A stretch of DNA of 64,000 nt from Catenulispora sp. (GTDB lineage Bacteria; Actinomycetota; Actinomycetes; Streptomycetales; Catenulisporaceae), in contig JABFXP010000051.1 in assembly GCA_013361685.1 (NCBI GenBank), positions 78,013 to 142,012 of the forward strand, read 5' to 3'. The number at the start of each line of letters is the position of its first letter. Position 1 is the stretch's first letter. The notes under the pieces are model-generated. The model searched no databases and was not told where the DNA came from. It worked only from the letters and a program-made list of their open reading frames with translations. A program made the translations under genes and the position numbers. Shown here in pieces: positions 35,741 to 45,092 of the stretch.

Positions 35741-35929
35741 CTACCGCGCGGGCAGCTCGCGGATCCCGTACCCGCGTAGCAGTTCGGCGACCTCGTCGCT
35801 CGGCAGCTTGGTGCCGTTCGGGTCGAGCACCAGCTCGTCCGTCGAGGCGCCGGCTTCGATCAAGGTTGTCACGGTGGCTACCCGGTCGAGGTCCGGGACC
35901 TGGTCAGGGTGGTGGCCGCTACCGACCAC
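35741..35929 (-). pseudogene. ankyrin-repeat-like C-terminal fragment
   Basis: NPLDWAVVGSGHH...VTTLIEAGAS resembles a single ANK repeat. The frame is closed by a stop about 24 nt (8 codons) upstream of the GTG. Confidence 0.3.
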
Positions 35930-36227
35930 CGCCCAGTCGAGCGGGTTGCGTCAAAGCTGGTGTCGCGGGTCTCCAGGTCGGCACCCCAGAAATTGCCTGC
36001 ACCGAACGGGCGGCACAGTCCAGATTGCGGATTCGCGGACCGGTGACCTGCGGCGTCGTGGTCGAAGTGCGGGATCGGCCTCCGGCCGAACGCCGGCCAC
36101 CGCGGCATGGGCTGGCCTTCCCGCCGGGGCTTGAGGGAGGCAGACTGGAGTGGAGGCCGCTCCATGATCCCGGGGGCGGCTCGGGACAGCGGTCTCGCTG
36201 TACCGACGCCCGGGCGGGTGGCGGGAG

Positions 36228-36887
36228 GTGAGCGAGGTGACCGAGCAAGCCACGGTCACGGATACGCGCTGGCGTCTTGCCGGTGACTGGTTCGACACTT
36301 GCAAGTGCGCGATTCCCTGTCCGTGCACGTTCGCCCAGGCACCCACTTCCGGCTACTGCGAGGGCATCATGGCTTGGCACATCCGTGAGGGTAGCTACGG
36401 CGAGGTACGTCTCGATGACCTCAACGCTCTGATGGTTGGGTCCTTCGTCGGTAACCTGTGGGCCGGTGAGCACACGGACCCGTACGCCGCGATCTTCTTC
36501 GACGAGCGGGCCGACGAGCAGCAGCGGGCCGCGCTGGGGGCGATCTTCAGCGGGCAGGCCGGCGGCTGGCCGGCACAGTTCGGCGCGATGTTCCACCCCG
36601 AGATGCGGGGCATGGAGTTCGTGCCTATCCGGGTCGGCATCGATGCGGAGCTGGAGTGCGAAGGTCCCCGGGCGGGTCAGTGCGGCTGCCGAGGCGCTGA
36701 GCGGGCCGACCACGCCCGAGGGGCGCGGGTCCAGGTTCACAACGCTCCGGGTGCGGAGGTCGGGCCCGGCCAGGTCGCCACTTGGGGACGCGCCACCGCG
36801 CACCGGGCGGATGTGTTCGGGTTCACCTGGGACCGCGCCGGATGCTCAAGCAAGTACTTCCCGTTCGACTGGAGCGGCCCGGACTGA
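36228..36887 (+). CDS. DUF1326 domain protein
   Basis: WRLAGDWFDTCKCAIPCPCTF signature and C-terminal FGFTWDRAGCSSKYFPFDWSGP. The central part may carry compensating frameshifts (see findings). Confidence 0.7.
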   Translation: MSEVTEQATVTDTRWRLAGDWFDTCKCAIPCPCTFAQAPTSGYCEGIMAWHIREGSYGEVRLDDLNALMVGSFVGNLWAGEHTDPYAAIFFDERADEQQRAALGAIFSGQAGGWPAQFGAMFHPEMRGMEFVPIRVGIDAELECEGPRAGQCGCRGAERADHARGARVQVHNAPGAEVGPGQVATWGRATAHRADVFGFTWDRAGCSSKYFPFDWSGPD

Positions 36888-36924
36888 GCACCCGGCCCGA
36901 AGTCGTGAACCGAGGGAGACACTC

Positions 36925-37374
36925 ATGCATGCCAGGGTCGAGTTCGATTTCCACACCGATGCGACGCCTGAGCAGGTCGTCGGCCTGCTGACCGACTTCT
37001 CTCCGGAGCGTCCGGACCACTGGCCGGCGCTTTCGCGGAAGTGGTTCGAGGTGTATTCGGTCGGTGAGCACGAGGCGGACGTCCGCGAGGGGCAGGACCG
37101 GCCGAGGATTTGGGCCAGGGAGCACTACGAGTGGTCGACGCCCGGCAAGGTCACTTGGACCGTCGTGGAGTGCCCGGCCGTGGCGCCCGGCAGCTACGTG
37201 TCGTTGGAGGCGGAACCGGCCGTCGGTGGTGGCAGCGACGTGCACGGCGAGTGGGACCGCACCTCCCGGAACGCCAAGGGCGTGATGGCCGTTGTCGCGA
37301 TGCGTGCGATGGGTCGCAGGATCTTGCCGCGCTACTTCAAGAAGGTCTACGACGGCCTCGCCGCGCGCTCGTGA
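36925..37374 (+). CDS. SRPBCC (START/polyketide cyclase-like) family protein
   Basis: 149 aa from an ATG after a GAGGGAG RBS. Pattern of the type VEFDFHTDATPEQVVGLLTDF...WP...W. Confidence 0.65.
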   Translation: MHARVEFDFHTDATPEQVVGLLTDFSPERPDHWPALSRKWFEVYSVGEHEADVREGQDRPRIWAREHYEWSTPGKVTWTVVECPAVAPGSYVSLEAEPAVGGGSDVHGEWDRTSRNAKGVMAVVAMRAMGRRILPRYFKKVYDGLAARS

Positions 37375-37627
37375 CTTGCGGCGGGAGCCAGCCCGGTCCT
37401 GGGGCACTTGGCCCACCGAATGGCCTAACGGCGGTTCTATCGCTTCGCCGATAGGCCCCGGTCGGCTGGTTGGGAGACAACCGCTGTCTTGGCACCCGCG
37501 GATTGAGCCCATTACCGTGGAAAACAGGAATCCCCGGTGATCAAGGGGAGGGAACCTGTCGTGGCTGGCACTCAAAGGGTGCCGCGTCCGCTCTCGCCCC
37601 GGGCCGGGTCGATCGAGTGGAGGAGCC

Positions 37628-38248
37628 ATGACCTACACGATCTCCGGAACGTACCTCGCCAGCTGCTCGTGCGCGGTGCTTTGCGGGTGCCCGGTCGATG
37701 CGCAACCCAAGGACGCCAGCGGCAACTCCGAATGCCGTGGTGTGGCGGTCTTCCACATCGCTGATGGCACCTTGGACGACACCGACCTGTCCGGCGTCGA
37801 CTTCGCCTTCTACAACCTGTTCCCGTCCAACCTGTCCTCCGGGGACTGGAAAGTCGGTGTGGTCGTCGATACCGACGCCGACGATGCGCAGGTGGAGGCA
37901 CTCGGGCGGATCCTGTCCGGGCAGGAGGGCGGCATGTTCGGGGAGCTGGCCGGGCTGATCGGCGAGAACCTCGGCACCGAACGCGGGAAGGTGTCGCTGT
38001 CCAACGGCGAGAAGACGGCGCTGAGCGTCGAGGGGCACAGCGAGGTCGCCTTCGAGCCGGCCCTCGGGATGAACGGGCAGCCCACCACCGTCAAGAACGC
38101 GATGTTCGGGTTCGCGCCGGAGTTCCAGATCGGCCGTACCACCGGACGTTCGTCCGCCTTCGGCCTGAGCTTCGAGCCGAGCTACGGCGAGTCCGCGGAC
38201 TTCACGTTCAGCAGCGAGGGCGAGGCGGCGACGTCAGGCCGGGTGTGA
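37628..38248 (+). CDS. DUF1326 domain protein (second copy)
   Basis: ISGTYLASCSCAVLCGCPV N-terminal Cys cluster and FGLSFEPSYGESADFTF C-terminus. GGAGGAG RBS. Confidence 0.75.
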   Translation: MTYTISGTYLASCSCAVLCGCPVDAQPKDASGNSECRGVAVFHIADGTLDDTDLSGVDFAFYNLFPSNLSSGDWKVGVVVDTDADDAQVEALGRILSGQEGGMFGELAGLIGENLGTERGKVSLSNGEKTALSVEGHSEVAFEPALGMNGQPTTVKNAMFGFAPEFQIGRTTGRSSAFGLSFEPSYGESADFTFSSEGEAATSGRV

Positions 38249-38577
38249 GCGAAGCCGGATCCGGGCCGGGAGCGCCGGCCGAACGGGGAAAGACGTCCAC
38301 CGGCGTCGACAACGTTGTCACTGCGCCGCGCCTGTTCGCGACGGTGTTCTCGCGAAGCTCGCTGAGCAAGTGCGTGCCGATAGCGTTGTTCGTCGGCACG
38401 GTGCTGTCGCTGGTGAACCAGGGCTCGGTGCTCTTCGCAGGCACAGTCACTGCGGTGACTTGGATCCGTGTGGCGGTGAACTTCCTCGTGCCGTTCTGCG
38501 TCTCCAGTGCAGGTTTCTATGGCAGCCAGCGCGCCATGTGGCGGGCCATGCGGCTGTCACATCGACGTCATACCTGA
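38245..38577 (+). CDS. NrtS-like small membrane protein (putative nitrate/nitrite transporter family)
   Basis: VPIALFVGTVLSLVNQGSVLFAG...AVNFLVPFCVSS resembles the NrtS family signature as I recall it. GTGA overlap with the DUF1326 gene. Confidence 0.5.
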   Translation: MSEAGSGPGAPAERGKTSTGVDNVVTAPRLFATVFSRSSLSKCVPIALFVGTVLSLVNQGSVLFAGTVTAVTWIRVAVNFLVPFCVSSAGFYGSQRAMWRAMRLSHRRHT

Positions 38578-39390
38578 GGTGTCAGGTTGCAGGCCCGGCA
38601 GCAGCCAGCTGTGGAACGGGGCCAGCACCGCTAGCACCAGGAACGCCACGCCGACCACCTCGGACAGCAGCCAGCCGTGGCGCCACAGCTTCTCCAGAAA
38701 GATCACCACGGCCAGGCCCGCCATCGCGGCGATGTTCATCACGCCCAACGGGACCAGGACCACCATCAGCGCCGCGCAGCACCCGACGCAGTAGGTGCCG
38801 TGGTGAAGGCCGACCCGTAAGTCCCGGACTTGCGGGCGGAAGCTCGCGTAGCGCATCAGCTGGCTGATCGGGCTGCGGCAGTGCCGCAGGCACAGGTTCT
38901 TGAGCGGACCCAGCTGATACAGACCCGCCAGGGCGAAGGCGGTCGCGCCGATCCACTTGCCCGCCGTCGGATGATCATCGGCCAGGTGGCCGGTGAGGGC
39001 CAGGGCACCGTAAGCGGCCACGCCGAAGGCAGTCCAGGCCAGCAGGTAGCCGCCGATGAACTCACCCATCCGCACCGCCCGGGCGCGACCCGTCGCGTGC
39101 CGGGCGATGCCCTTGGCCCAGGTGATCGCCACCGGTGCGACCGACGGCAGCATCATCGCGGCCATCATCACCAGCCACAGCACCAGGAACACCGGCAGCG
39201 CCATCCCCATGGTGCCGGGTTCGATACCCATATGCCGGGCCTGAGCAGTGGTGATCACCCAGGCCAGGGCGGCGATCACGACGATGAGCAGCCAGGCGAT
39301 CGCCAGGTCGCGCGGCGGGAGCAGAGTCCCGGAACGCAACGGCCGGTCCTGGTCTGCGGAGCGCCGGGCGTCATGCACGTTGCTGCTCAT
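38557..39390 (-). CDS. DUF2182 family metal-binding integral membrane protein
   Basis: ATG at 39390 after a GAGGGAG RBS. Motifs WLVMMAAMMLPSVAP and HGTYCVGCCAALM. DUF1326/DUF2182 are known gene neighbours. Confidence 0.75.
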   Translation of the reverse strand: MSSNVHDARRSADQDRPLRSGTLLPPRDLAIAWLLIVVIAALAWVITTAQARHMGIEPGTMGMALPVFLVLWLVMMAAMMLPSVAPVAITWAKGIARHATGRARAVRMGEFIGGYLLAWTAFGVAAYGALALTGHLADDHPTAGKWIGATAFALAGLYQLGPLKNLCLRHCRSPISQLMRYASFRPQVRDLRVGLHHGTYCVGCCAALMVVLVPLGVMNIAAMAGLAVVIFLEKLWRHGWLLSEVVGVAFLVLAVLAPFHSWLLPGLQPDTSGMTSM

Positions 39391-39517
39391 AGCGGCTCCC
39401 TCAAACGCTGCGCTCTTCCAGGACAGCACAATCCGGGCCCGGCGGCGTGTCGAGGGACGGCCTGGTCGGACCGGTCAGCGGGGAATCGGGCCAACTGGTC
39501 TCGCTGTGGCGTGTCAG

Positions 39518-39892
39518 ACGCCGATCACGACCTGTCTGCCGTGGAAGGCCAACCCCGGCGGCGGCGACATCTACGTGATCACTGACAATCTGTCGTCACA
39601 CAACAGCAAATCAACGGTGGAGTGGCTGGCCGGCCATCCCCGGATCGTCCACGCCTTCATCCCGGTCGGAGCCCGCTGGCTGAACCTGCAGGAGCCCTGG
39701 TGGCGGATCTTCCGCCGCCACGCCCTGGCTGGCCAGTGCTTCGCCGACCCCGACGAGATCGACTACGCCACCCGGATCGCTACCGCCCAGCTCAACGCCC
39801 ATGCCAAACCCTGGATATGGGGACGGCCAGACCCCAAACCGCGCACACTTCGCCGACGCTTCACGTACGCACTTTGGGGAACGCAGCACTAG
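39518..39892 (+). pseudogene. IS630-family transposase, C-terminal (DDE_3) fragment
   Basis: IYVITDNLSSHNSKSTVEWLAGHPRIVHAFIPVGARWLNLQEPWW...KPWIWGRP. The N-terminal two-thirds is absent. Confidence 0.65.
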
Positions 39893-39933
39893 TTCCGCGG
39901 AGCGCGCGCTGAAGGATCTCCTCGCGCAGCCCT

Positions 39934-40521
39934 CTACCTCTCGGGGCGAAGCCCGGCCAGGGTGACTTGGACGAGGCGGTGGACTGCGGCTTTGGATGTC
40001 AGGCTGCTGGCTGCAGTCAGGGCGTGCAGGCAGTAGCTGGCGAGTTCGGCCGGAGCGACGTCGTCGCGCAGGCTGCCGTTCTGCGCGCCAGCGGCCACCA
40101 GTTCGGTGATCAGGTCATGGAGGTGCTTCTGCGCGGCGGCGAGGTGGCCGCCGCGGTGCAGGAGCGCGCCGAGGTCGGCATCGTGGCGGCCGAAGGCGTT
40201 GCCGGCGTAGGCCGTCAGGACGGCTTCGAGCTGGCGGTCGGGGCCTTCGGTGTGGTCGCGGACCTCGGTGAGCTGTTGCAGGTGCATATTGATCTGCTGT
40301 TCGTGCCAGGCGAGAAGGATCGATTCGACGTCGGGGAAGTACTTGTACAGCGTTGCCCGCCCGATGCCGGCCTCGGTGGCGATCTGCGACATCGTCACCG
40401 ACGTCAGGCCGTGCTCGTGCGCCAGGGCCGCAGCGGTCTGCAGGATCGCTTCGCGCACTGCGGCCCGGTGGGCGTCGATCGTCTCGTTCCACAGCTTCGG
40501 CACACCGAGATCATACACCAC
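39934..40521 (-). CDS. TetR/AcrR family transcriptional regulator
   Basis: HTH ILQTAAALAHEHGLTSVTMSQIATEAGIGRATLYKYF. Divergent to the ABC-2 exporter genes. Confidence 0.85.
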   Translation of the reverse strand: MVYDLGVPKLWNETIDAHRAAVREAILQTAAALAHEHGLTSVTMSQIATEAGIGRATLYKYFPDVESILLAWHEQQINMHLQQLTEVRDHTEGPDRQLEAVLTAYAGNAFGRHDADLGALLHRGGHLAAAQKHLHDLITELVAAGAQNGSLRDDVAPAELASYCLHALTAASSLTSKAAVHRLVQVTLAGLRPER

Positions 40522-40545
40522 GACGGTACCGTGACACTCTGAATT

Positions 40546-40562
40546 GACAGATACACTCTGTC
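40546..40562. promoter_or_regulatory. candidate TetR operator palindrome
   Basis: GACAGA-TACAC-TCTGTC perfect inverted repeat in the TetR/ABC intergenic region. ACACTCTG also occurs as a direct repeat at 40534 and 40553. Confidence 0.35.
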
Positions 40563-40622
40563 TCGATAAAGCTGAGGACGTGAAGCCCGCGACCCCCGCG
40601 GGCGGTCGAGACGGAGACTCCG

Positions 40623-40793
40623 ATGCCCGACATCCCCGCCCACCCCGACACCGGTACCGACCTCGAGGCCGAAGCCGCTGCGGTCAAGCCGCGCTGGAAG
40701 ACGGCGCTGTGGATCGCCGCCGTTGTCGCGGTGCTGGCCCTGTTCATCGTGTTGCACTTGACCGGCGTCGTGGGCGCCGAGAGCCACAAGTAG
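40623..40793 (+). CDS. small (56 aa) single-pass membrane protein upstream of the ABC-2 exporter
   Basis: MPDIPAHPDTGTDLEAEAAAVKPRWKTALWIAAVVAVLALFIVLHLTGVVGAESHK. Below the 60-aa track cutoff. Stops 9 nt before the ATPase start. Confidence 0.4.
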   Translation: MPDIPAHPDTGTDLEAEAAAVKPRWKTALWIAAVVAVLALFIVLHLTGVVGAESHK

Positions 40794-40802
40794 GAGGCGG
40801 CG

Positions 40803-41738
40803 ATGATCGAGGCGATCGGCCTGTCCAAGCGCTACGGCGACACCATGGCCGTCGACGACCTGTCGTTCACCGTGCCGCCCGGCCAGGTGACCGGGTTCCT
40901 CGGGCCGAACGGCGCGGGGAAGTCCACGACCATGCGCCTGATCCTGGGCCTGGACGCGCCGACCTCCGGCACGGTGACGGTCAACGGCAAGCCCTACACC
41001 TCACTGCGCCGTCCGCTGTTCGAGGTCGGGGCGCTGCTGGAGGCCAGGGCCATGCACGGCGGCCGCAGCGCCTTCAACCACCTCATGGCCCTGGCGCTGT
41101 CCAACGGCATCCCGCGAGCGCGGGTCGGGAAGGTCCTGGACCAGGTGGGCTTGCGCAGCGTGGCCCGCAAGCGCTCCGGCGGGTTCTCCCTGGGCATGGG
41201 CCAGCGCCTGGGCATCGCCGCGGCGCTGCTCGGCGACCCGCCGGTGCTGATGCTCGACGAGCCGGTCAACGGACTGGACCCGGAGGGCGTGCTGTGGATC
41301 AGGACACTGCTCAAGGCCCTGGCCGCCGAGGGCCGCACCGTGTTCTTGTCCAGCCACCTGATGAGCGAGATGGCCCTGACGGCGGACCGCCTCATCGTCG
41401 TCGGCCGCGGCAAGCTGATCGCCCAGACTACGATCGAGGACTTCCTGGCCGGCGGCGACGGCAGCTTCGTCCAGGCCCGCTCGCCGGAAGCCGAAACCCT
41501 CGCTTTGGTGCTGCGAGCCCGGGGCGTGACCGTCGTCCGCCAAGGTCCCGACCTGCTGCGGATCACCGGAGTCGATGCCGGGATGGTCGGCGAGATCGCC
41601 CGGACCGAAGGCTTGGCACTGCTGGAGCTTTCGACACGGCAGGCGACGCTGGAGCAGCGCTACATGGAGCTCACCGGCGACTTGGTCGACTATCGCACCG
41701 CCGAGGACGCCGACGTCCCGGCCCCGAACCGGAACTGA
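40803..41738 (+). CDS. ABC transporter ATP-binding protein (ABC-2/DrrA-like exporter)
   Basis: Walker A GPNGAGKST, signature FSLGMGQRLGIAAAL, Walker B VLMLDEP. Confidence 0.9.
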   Translation: MIEAIGLSKRYGDTMAVDDLSFTVPPGQVTGFLGPNGAGKSTTMRLILGLDAPTSGTVTVNGKPYTSLRRPLFEVGALLEARAMHGGRSAFNHLMALALSNGIPRARVGKVLDQVGLRSVARKRSGGFSLGMGQRLGIAAALLGDPPVLMLDEPVNGLDPEGVLWIRTLLKALAAEGRTVFLSSHLMSEMALTADRLIVVGRGKLIAQTTIEDFLAGGDGSFVQARSPEAETLALVLRARGVTVVRQGPDLLRITGVDAGMVGEIARTEGLALLELSTRQATLEQRYMELTGDLVDYRTAEDADVPAPNRN

Positions 41739-41749
41739 GGTCCGCCCCC

Positions 41750-42574
41750 ATGACAACGATCGCACCCCCGCAGGCCAGGATGCACCAGGACCACAGCCCG
41801 TTGACCGGCTTCCTGGATGTCCTGCGCTCGGAATTCCTCAAACTCCGTTCGGTCCGCTCGACGTTCTGGACGCTCACCGTCGCAGTGGTCTCCAACGTCG
41901 GGCTGGGCTCACTGACCGCCGCGGTCCTGGCCGGCCGGCTGTCGGCGTCCGAGAAGGCGACCGCCGACGGGGTCCGGCTCGCCCTGGCCGGCATCCACCT
42001 GTCACAGATCGCCTTCGGCGTCCTCGGAGTGCTGGTCATCACCAGCGAATACGGCACCGGCATGATCCGCGCCACCCTGTCCGCCGTGCCACAGCGCGGC
42101 ACCGTTCTGACCGCCAAGGCGATCGTGTTCACCGCGACCGCCCTGATCGTCGGTACCGCTTCCAGCTTCGGTGCGTACCTCGCCTTCCAGGCCGCGCTGC
42201 CGGCCGGCGACAGCCTCAAGTCCTCCCTGGGCGATCCCGGCGTCCTGCGGGCGGTGTTCGGCGGCGGCCTGTACCTGGCCATGCTCGGCCTGCTCGGACT
42301 CGGCCTGGGCGCGGTCATCCGGGTCAGCGCCGGGGCGATCGCCACACTGTTCGGGCTGCTGTTCGTACCGCCGATCCTGCTGGCGATGCTGCCGCACTCC
42401 TGGCAGACCACGGTTGGTCCGTACGTGCCGATGCAGGCCGGCGAGCAGGTCTACGTCGCCGTCAGCCATGAATCCTCCGCGCTGGCACCCTGGACCGGGT
42501 TCGGCGTATTCACGCTCTACGCCGCGGTCACGCTGGCTCTCGGACTCCTCCTGATCAACCGCCGTGACGCCTGA
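41750..42574 (+). CDS. ABC-2 type transporter permease
   Basis: 274 aa from the ATG at 41750. EFLKLRSVRSTFWTL N-terminal motif typical of ABC-2 permeases; six hydrophobic segments. Confidence 0.8.
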   Translation: MTTIAPPQARMHQDHSPLTGFLDVLRSEFLKLRSVRSTFWTLTVAVVSNVGLGSLTAAVLAGRLSASEKATADGVRLALAGIHLSQIAFGVLGVLVITSEYGTGMIRATLSAVPQRGTVLTAKAIVFTATALIVGTASSFGAYLAFQAALPAGDSLKSSLGDPGVLRAVFGGGLYLAMLGLLGLGLGAVIRVSAGAIATLFGLLFVPPILLAMLPHSWQTTVGPYVPMQAGEQVYVAVSHESSALAPWTGFGVFTLYAAVTLALGLLLINRRDA

Positions 42575-42597
42575 CACGCAAGAGAGGACTGCAGCCC

Positions 42598-44208
42598 ATG
42601 CCCGCATCTGAAGCACGTGTCCGCACCGATCGCGCCGGACGCTATCTTGCCCAGCTGTGCAACCACGGCAGCCAGATGAGCCGTGAAGCCACCCACCCAC
42701 CCCGCGGCCACGGCGGCGACGCACCGCCCGCGGTCCGACACGCCGACGCGACCGACACCGACGGGCTCATCGACTTCGACGGGGGGCGTTGCACCCTGCG
42801 CGCCACCGCCGAAGCGCTGACCCTGACCGCCGAGGCCGACGACCCGCAGAACCTGCAACGCATCCAGGACGGCATCGCGCGCCGCCTGGAGCGCATCGGC
42901 CGCCGCGACCGGCTCACCGTCACCTGGCAGCAGCCCCCACCGGACGCGGCCTCGGGTGAGCCCGCCGACGAACCGGCGTCCGCCGCCGCGATCCTCGACG
43001 TTCTCATGGCACCGGAGGGCCGGGCCGATCCCTTCCCGCTGTACGCGCGGGCGCACGAGATCGGCCCGGTCTCGGCCATCGCCGACGGCGCTTTCCTGGT
43101 GTCCGGATGTGCCGCCGTCAACCAGGTGCTGCGCGATCCGGGCTTCGGATTGCCCGAGCCCTCCGGGGTCTCGTCCGCCGACGGCGAGCTGCTTTCACTC
43201 GCCCGATCGATCCTGCGGGCCAACCCGCCTGATCACGGACGGATGCGTGCCCTGATAGGACAGGTGTTCACACCTCGCCGGGTCGCCGCCCTGCAACCGG
43301 TGATCGAAGACGCGGTGGACGTCCTGCTCGACCGGCTCGCCTACGCCGGAACCGGCGGCCGCACCGCGGATTTCATGGACCAGTTCGCCTACCAGTTGCC
43401 GGTCACGGTGATCTGCGAGCTGCTCGGCGTCCCGGCGTCCGACCACGACAAGTTCCGGCCGCTGGCCGCCGACCTCACCGAGGCCCTGGAACTGTCCGCC
43501 GACAGCGACCTCGGGCCTGCCGCCGCCGCGGCGGCGCGCGAGCTGACCGGATACTTCACGGACATGATCGCCGAACGTCGCGTGAGCCCGCGCGACGACC
43601 TCATCGGAGCCCTGGTGGCCGCCCGCGACGCCGACGACGGCCGACTGACCGAGAGCGAACTGCTCGCCAACCTGGTCGTGCTGCTCGTCGCGGGCTTCGA
43701 AACCACGACAAACCTACTCGGCAACGGTCTGGCGATCCTGCTGGAGCACCCTGAACTCGCCGCGGCGCTGCGCTCGGGCACGGTCGAGATATCGGGGTTC
43801 GTCGAGGAGGTGCTGCGCTTCGACTCCCCGGTGCAGGTGACCACCCGCGTAGCCCGGGAGGAGAACCTGCATGTCGCCCGGCTTCCCATCCCGCCTGGCA
43901 GCGTGCTGATCCTGCTGATCGGCGCCGCCAACCGCGATCCGGACCGGTACTGCGAACCAGACAGTTTCGATCCCACCCGCACCGACGTCAAACCGCTGAG
44001 CTTCGGCGCCGGAGCGCACTTCTGCCTCGGCAACGGCCTGGCCAGGCTGGAAGCCGCCGTCGCCTTCCCCCGACTGCTCGCCCGCTTCCCGGCCCTGACC
44101 ACGGCTCCCGGCCAGCACCCCGTCCGCCGCGACCGGCTGGTCCTGCGCGGCTATCAGAGTCTCCCCATCCGCATCGCCGATGACTATGGGCGCGGTGTGG
44201 GGTCCTGA
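42598..44208 (+). CDS. fusion protein: DUF2218 domain + cytochrome P450
   Basis: Residues 1-110: ARVRTDRAGRYLAQLCNH...IDFDGGRCTLRATAEALTLTAEA...RLTVTW (DUF2218-like). Remainder is P450: I-helix LLVAGFETT, EXXR EEVLRF, heme loop FGAGAHFCLG. Confidence 0.85.
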   Translation: MPASEARVRTDRAGRYLAQLCNHGSQMSREATHPPRGHGGDAPPAVRHADATDTDGLIDFDGGRCTLRATAEALTLTAEADDPQNLQRIQDGIARRLERIGRRDRLTVTWQQPPPDAASGEPADEPASAAAILDVLMAPEGRADPFPLYARAHEIGPVSAIADGAFLVSGCAAVNQVLRDPGFGLPEPSGVSSADGELLSLARSILRANPPDHGRMRALIGQVFTPRRVAALQPVIEDAVDVLLDRLAYAGTGGRTADFMDQFAYQLPVTVICELLGVPASDHDKFRPLAADLTEALELSADSDLGPAAAAAARELTGYFTDMIAERRVSPRDDLIGALVAARDADDGRLTESELLANLVVLLVAGFETTTNLLGNGLAILLEHPELAAALRSGTVEISGFVEEVLRFDSPVQVTTRVAREENLHVARLPIPPGSVLILLIGAANRDPDRYCEPDSFDPTRTDVKPLSFGAGAHFCLGNGLARLEAAVAFPRLLARFPALTTAPGQHPVRRDRLVLRGYQSLPIRIADDYGRGVGS

Positions 44209-45092
44209 TCCGAGGCGTCCCCCGGAAACGTCGCGGGTGCGGCCGGAAATGCGGCCGAGACGCACCGGCTCGCCACGTACATCAGGTTCGCGATGCCGGA
44301 TGCCGTGAGTCGCCGCCATTCCCTTGTGCCTCCGCATCAGGGTGGAACGTCGGGTCCGTGCGTGCATGGTGGACGTCCGGTTCCGGGACGCCAGGACCGG
44401 GGACGGCGCCGGCTTTTCACGTCGCCATGACCGCCGTCGTCACGACCGGTCCGGAACGGGCGCGCTGGGTGCGAGTGTGCGCTGCTGGAGTAGGCCAATC
44501 GATCGCAGACGTCGCCGCACGTCTTGGTCCGGCTGGTCCGAGCCGAATTGCGGACCAGCATCCTCCCTCACGCCAGCGGAACCGTCGGGGCGTTCCGGCG
44601 TCACTGGCGCGGATCCGGGACGGTACTCGGAGGGCGCGTCGTTCGGCACATCCCTGTATGCCGGGTGTCGGGAGGCAGGGCGGATCGATGAGGGCGCCGA
44701 TCACGGGCATGGCGCTGCTGGTCGCAGTCGGGCTCACTGCCTGCGCCAGCGCCGGAAGCGGCCCCCCGGCCACACCACGCCCCGCTCTGCGTCACTCATC
44801 CTCGATGGCACGTTGGGATATCCCCGCGGTCCCGGTCCGACCGCGTTGCGCGTCAGCGCCGATCTTGCGCGTTCCGGCAGTCAGGTCTTGGGCCGGCCAT
44901 GCCGTACCGCCACCGTATCGCCGGGGCCGCCGGGGCCGCCGGGGCCGCCGGGTCGTCTTGGTCGGGAGGAGCGTGTTCGCGACAGATCGTCGGGTGCACC
45001 TGTTCCCCTGGTGAATCCGATCCCCTAGCATCGACAGGCGGCGCCATCAGGCGTTACGCAGCGAACGGCATCGGCCGACGGGTGGGGTCACA

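Noticed and set aside
44688-45014. A 108-aa lipoprotein gene (MRAPITGMALLVAVGLTACAS...).
   Set aside because: Only the first 30 or so residues look genuine (signal peptide plus lipobox). The rest is Arg/Pro-rich and includes the GC repeat, so this is probably a truncated remnant.
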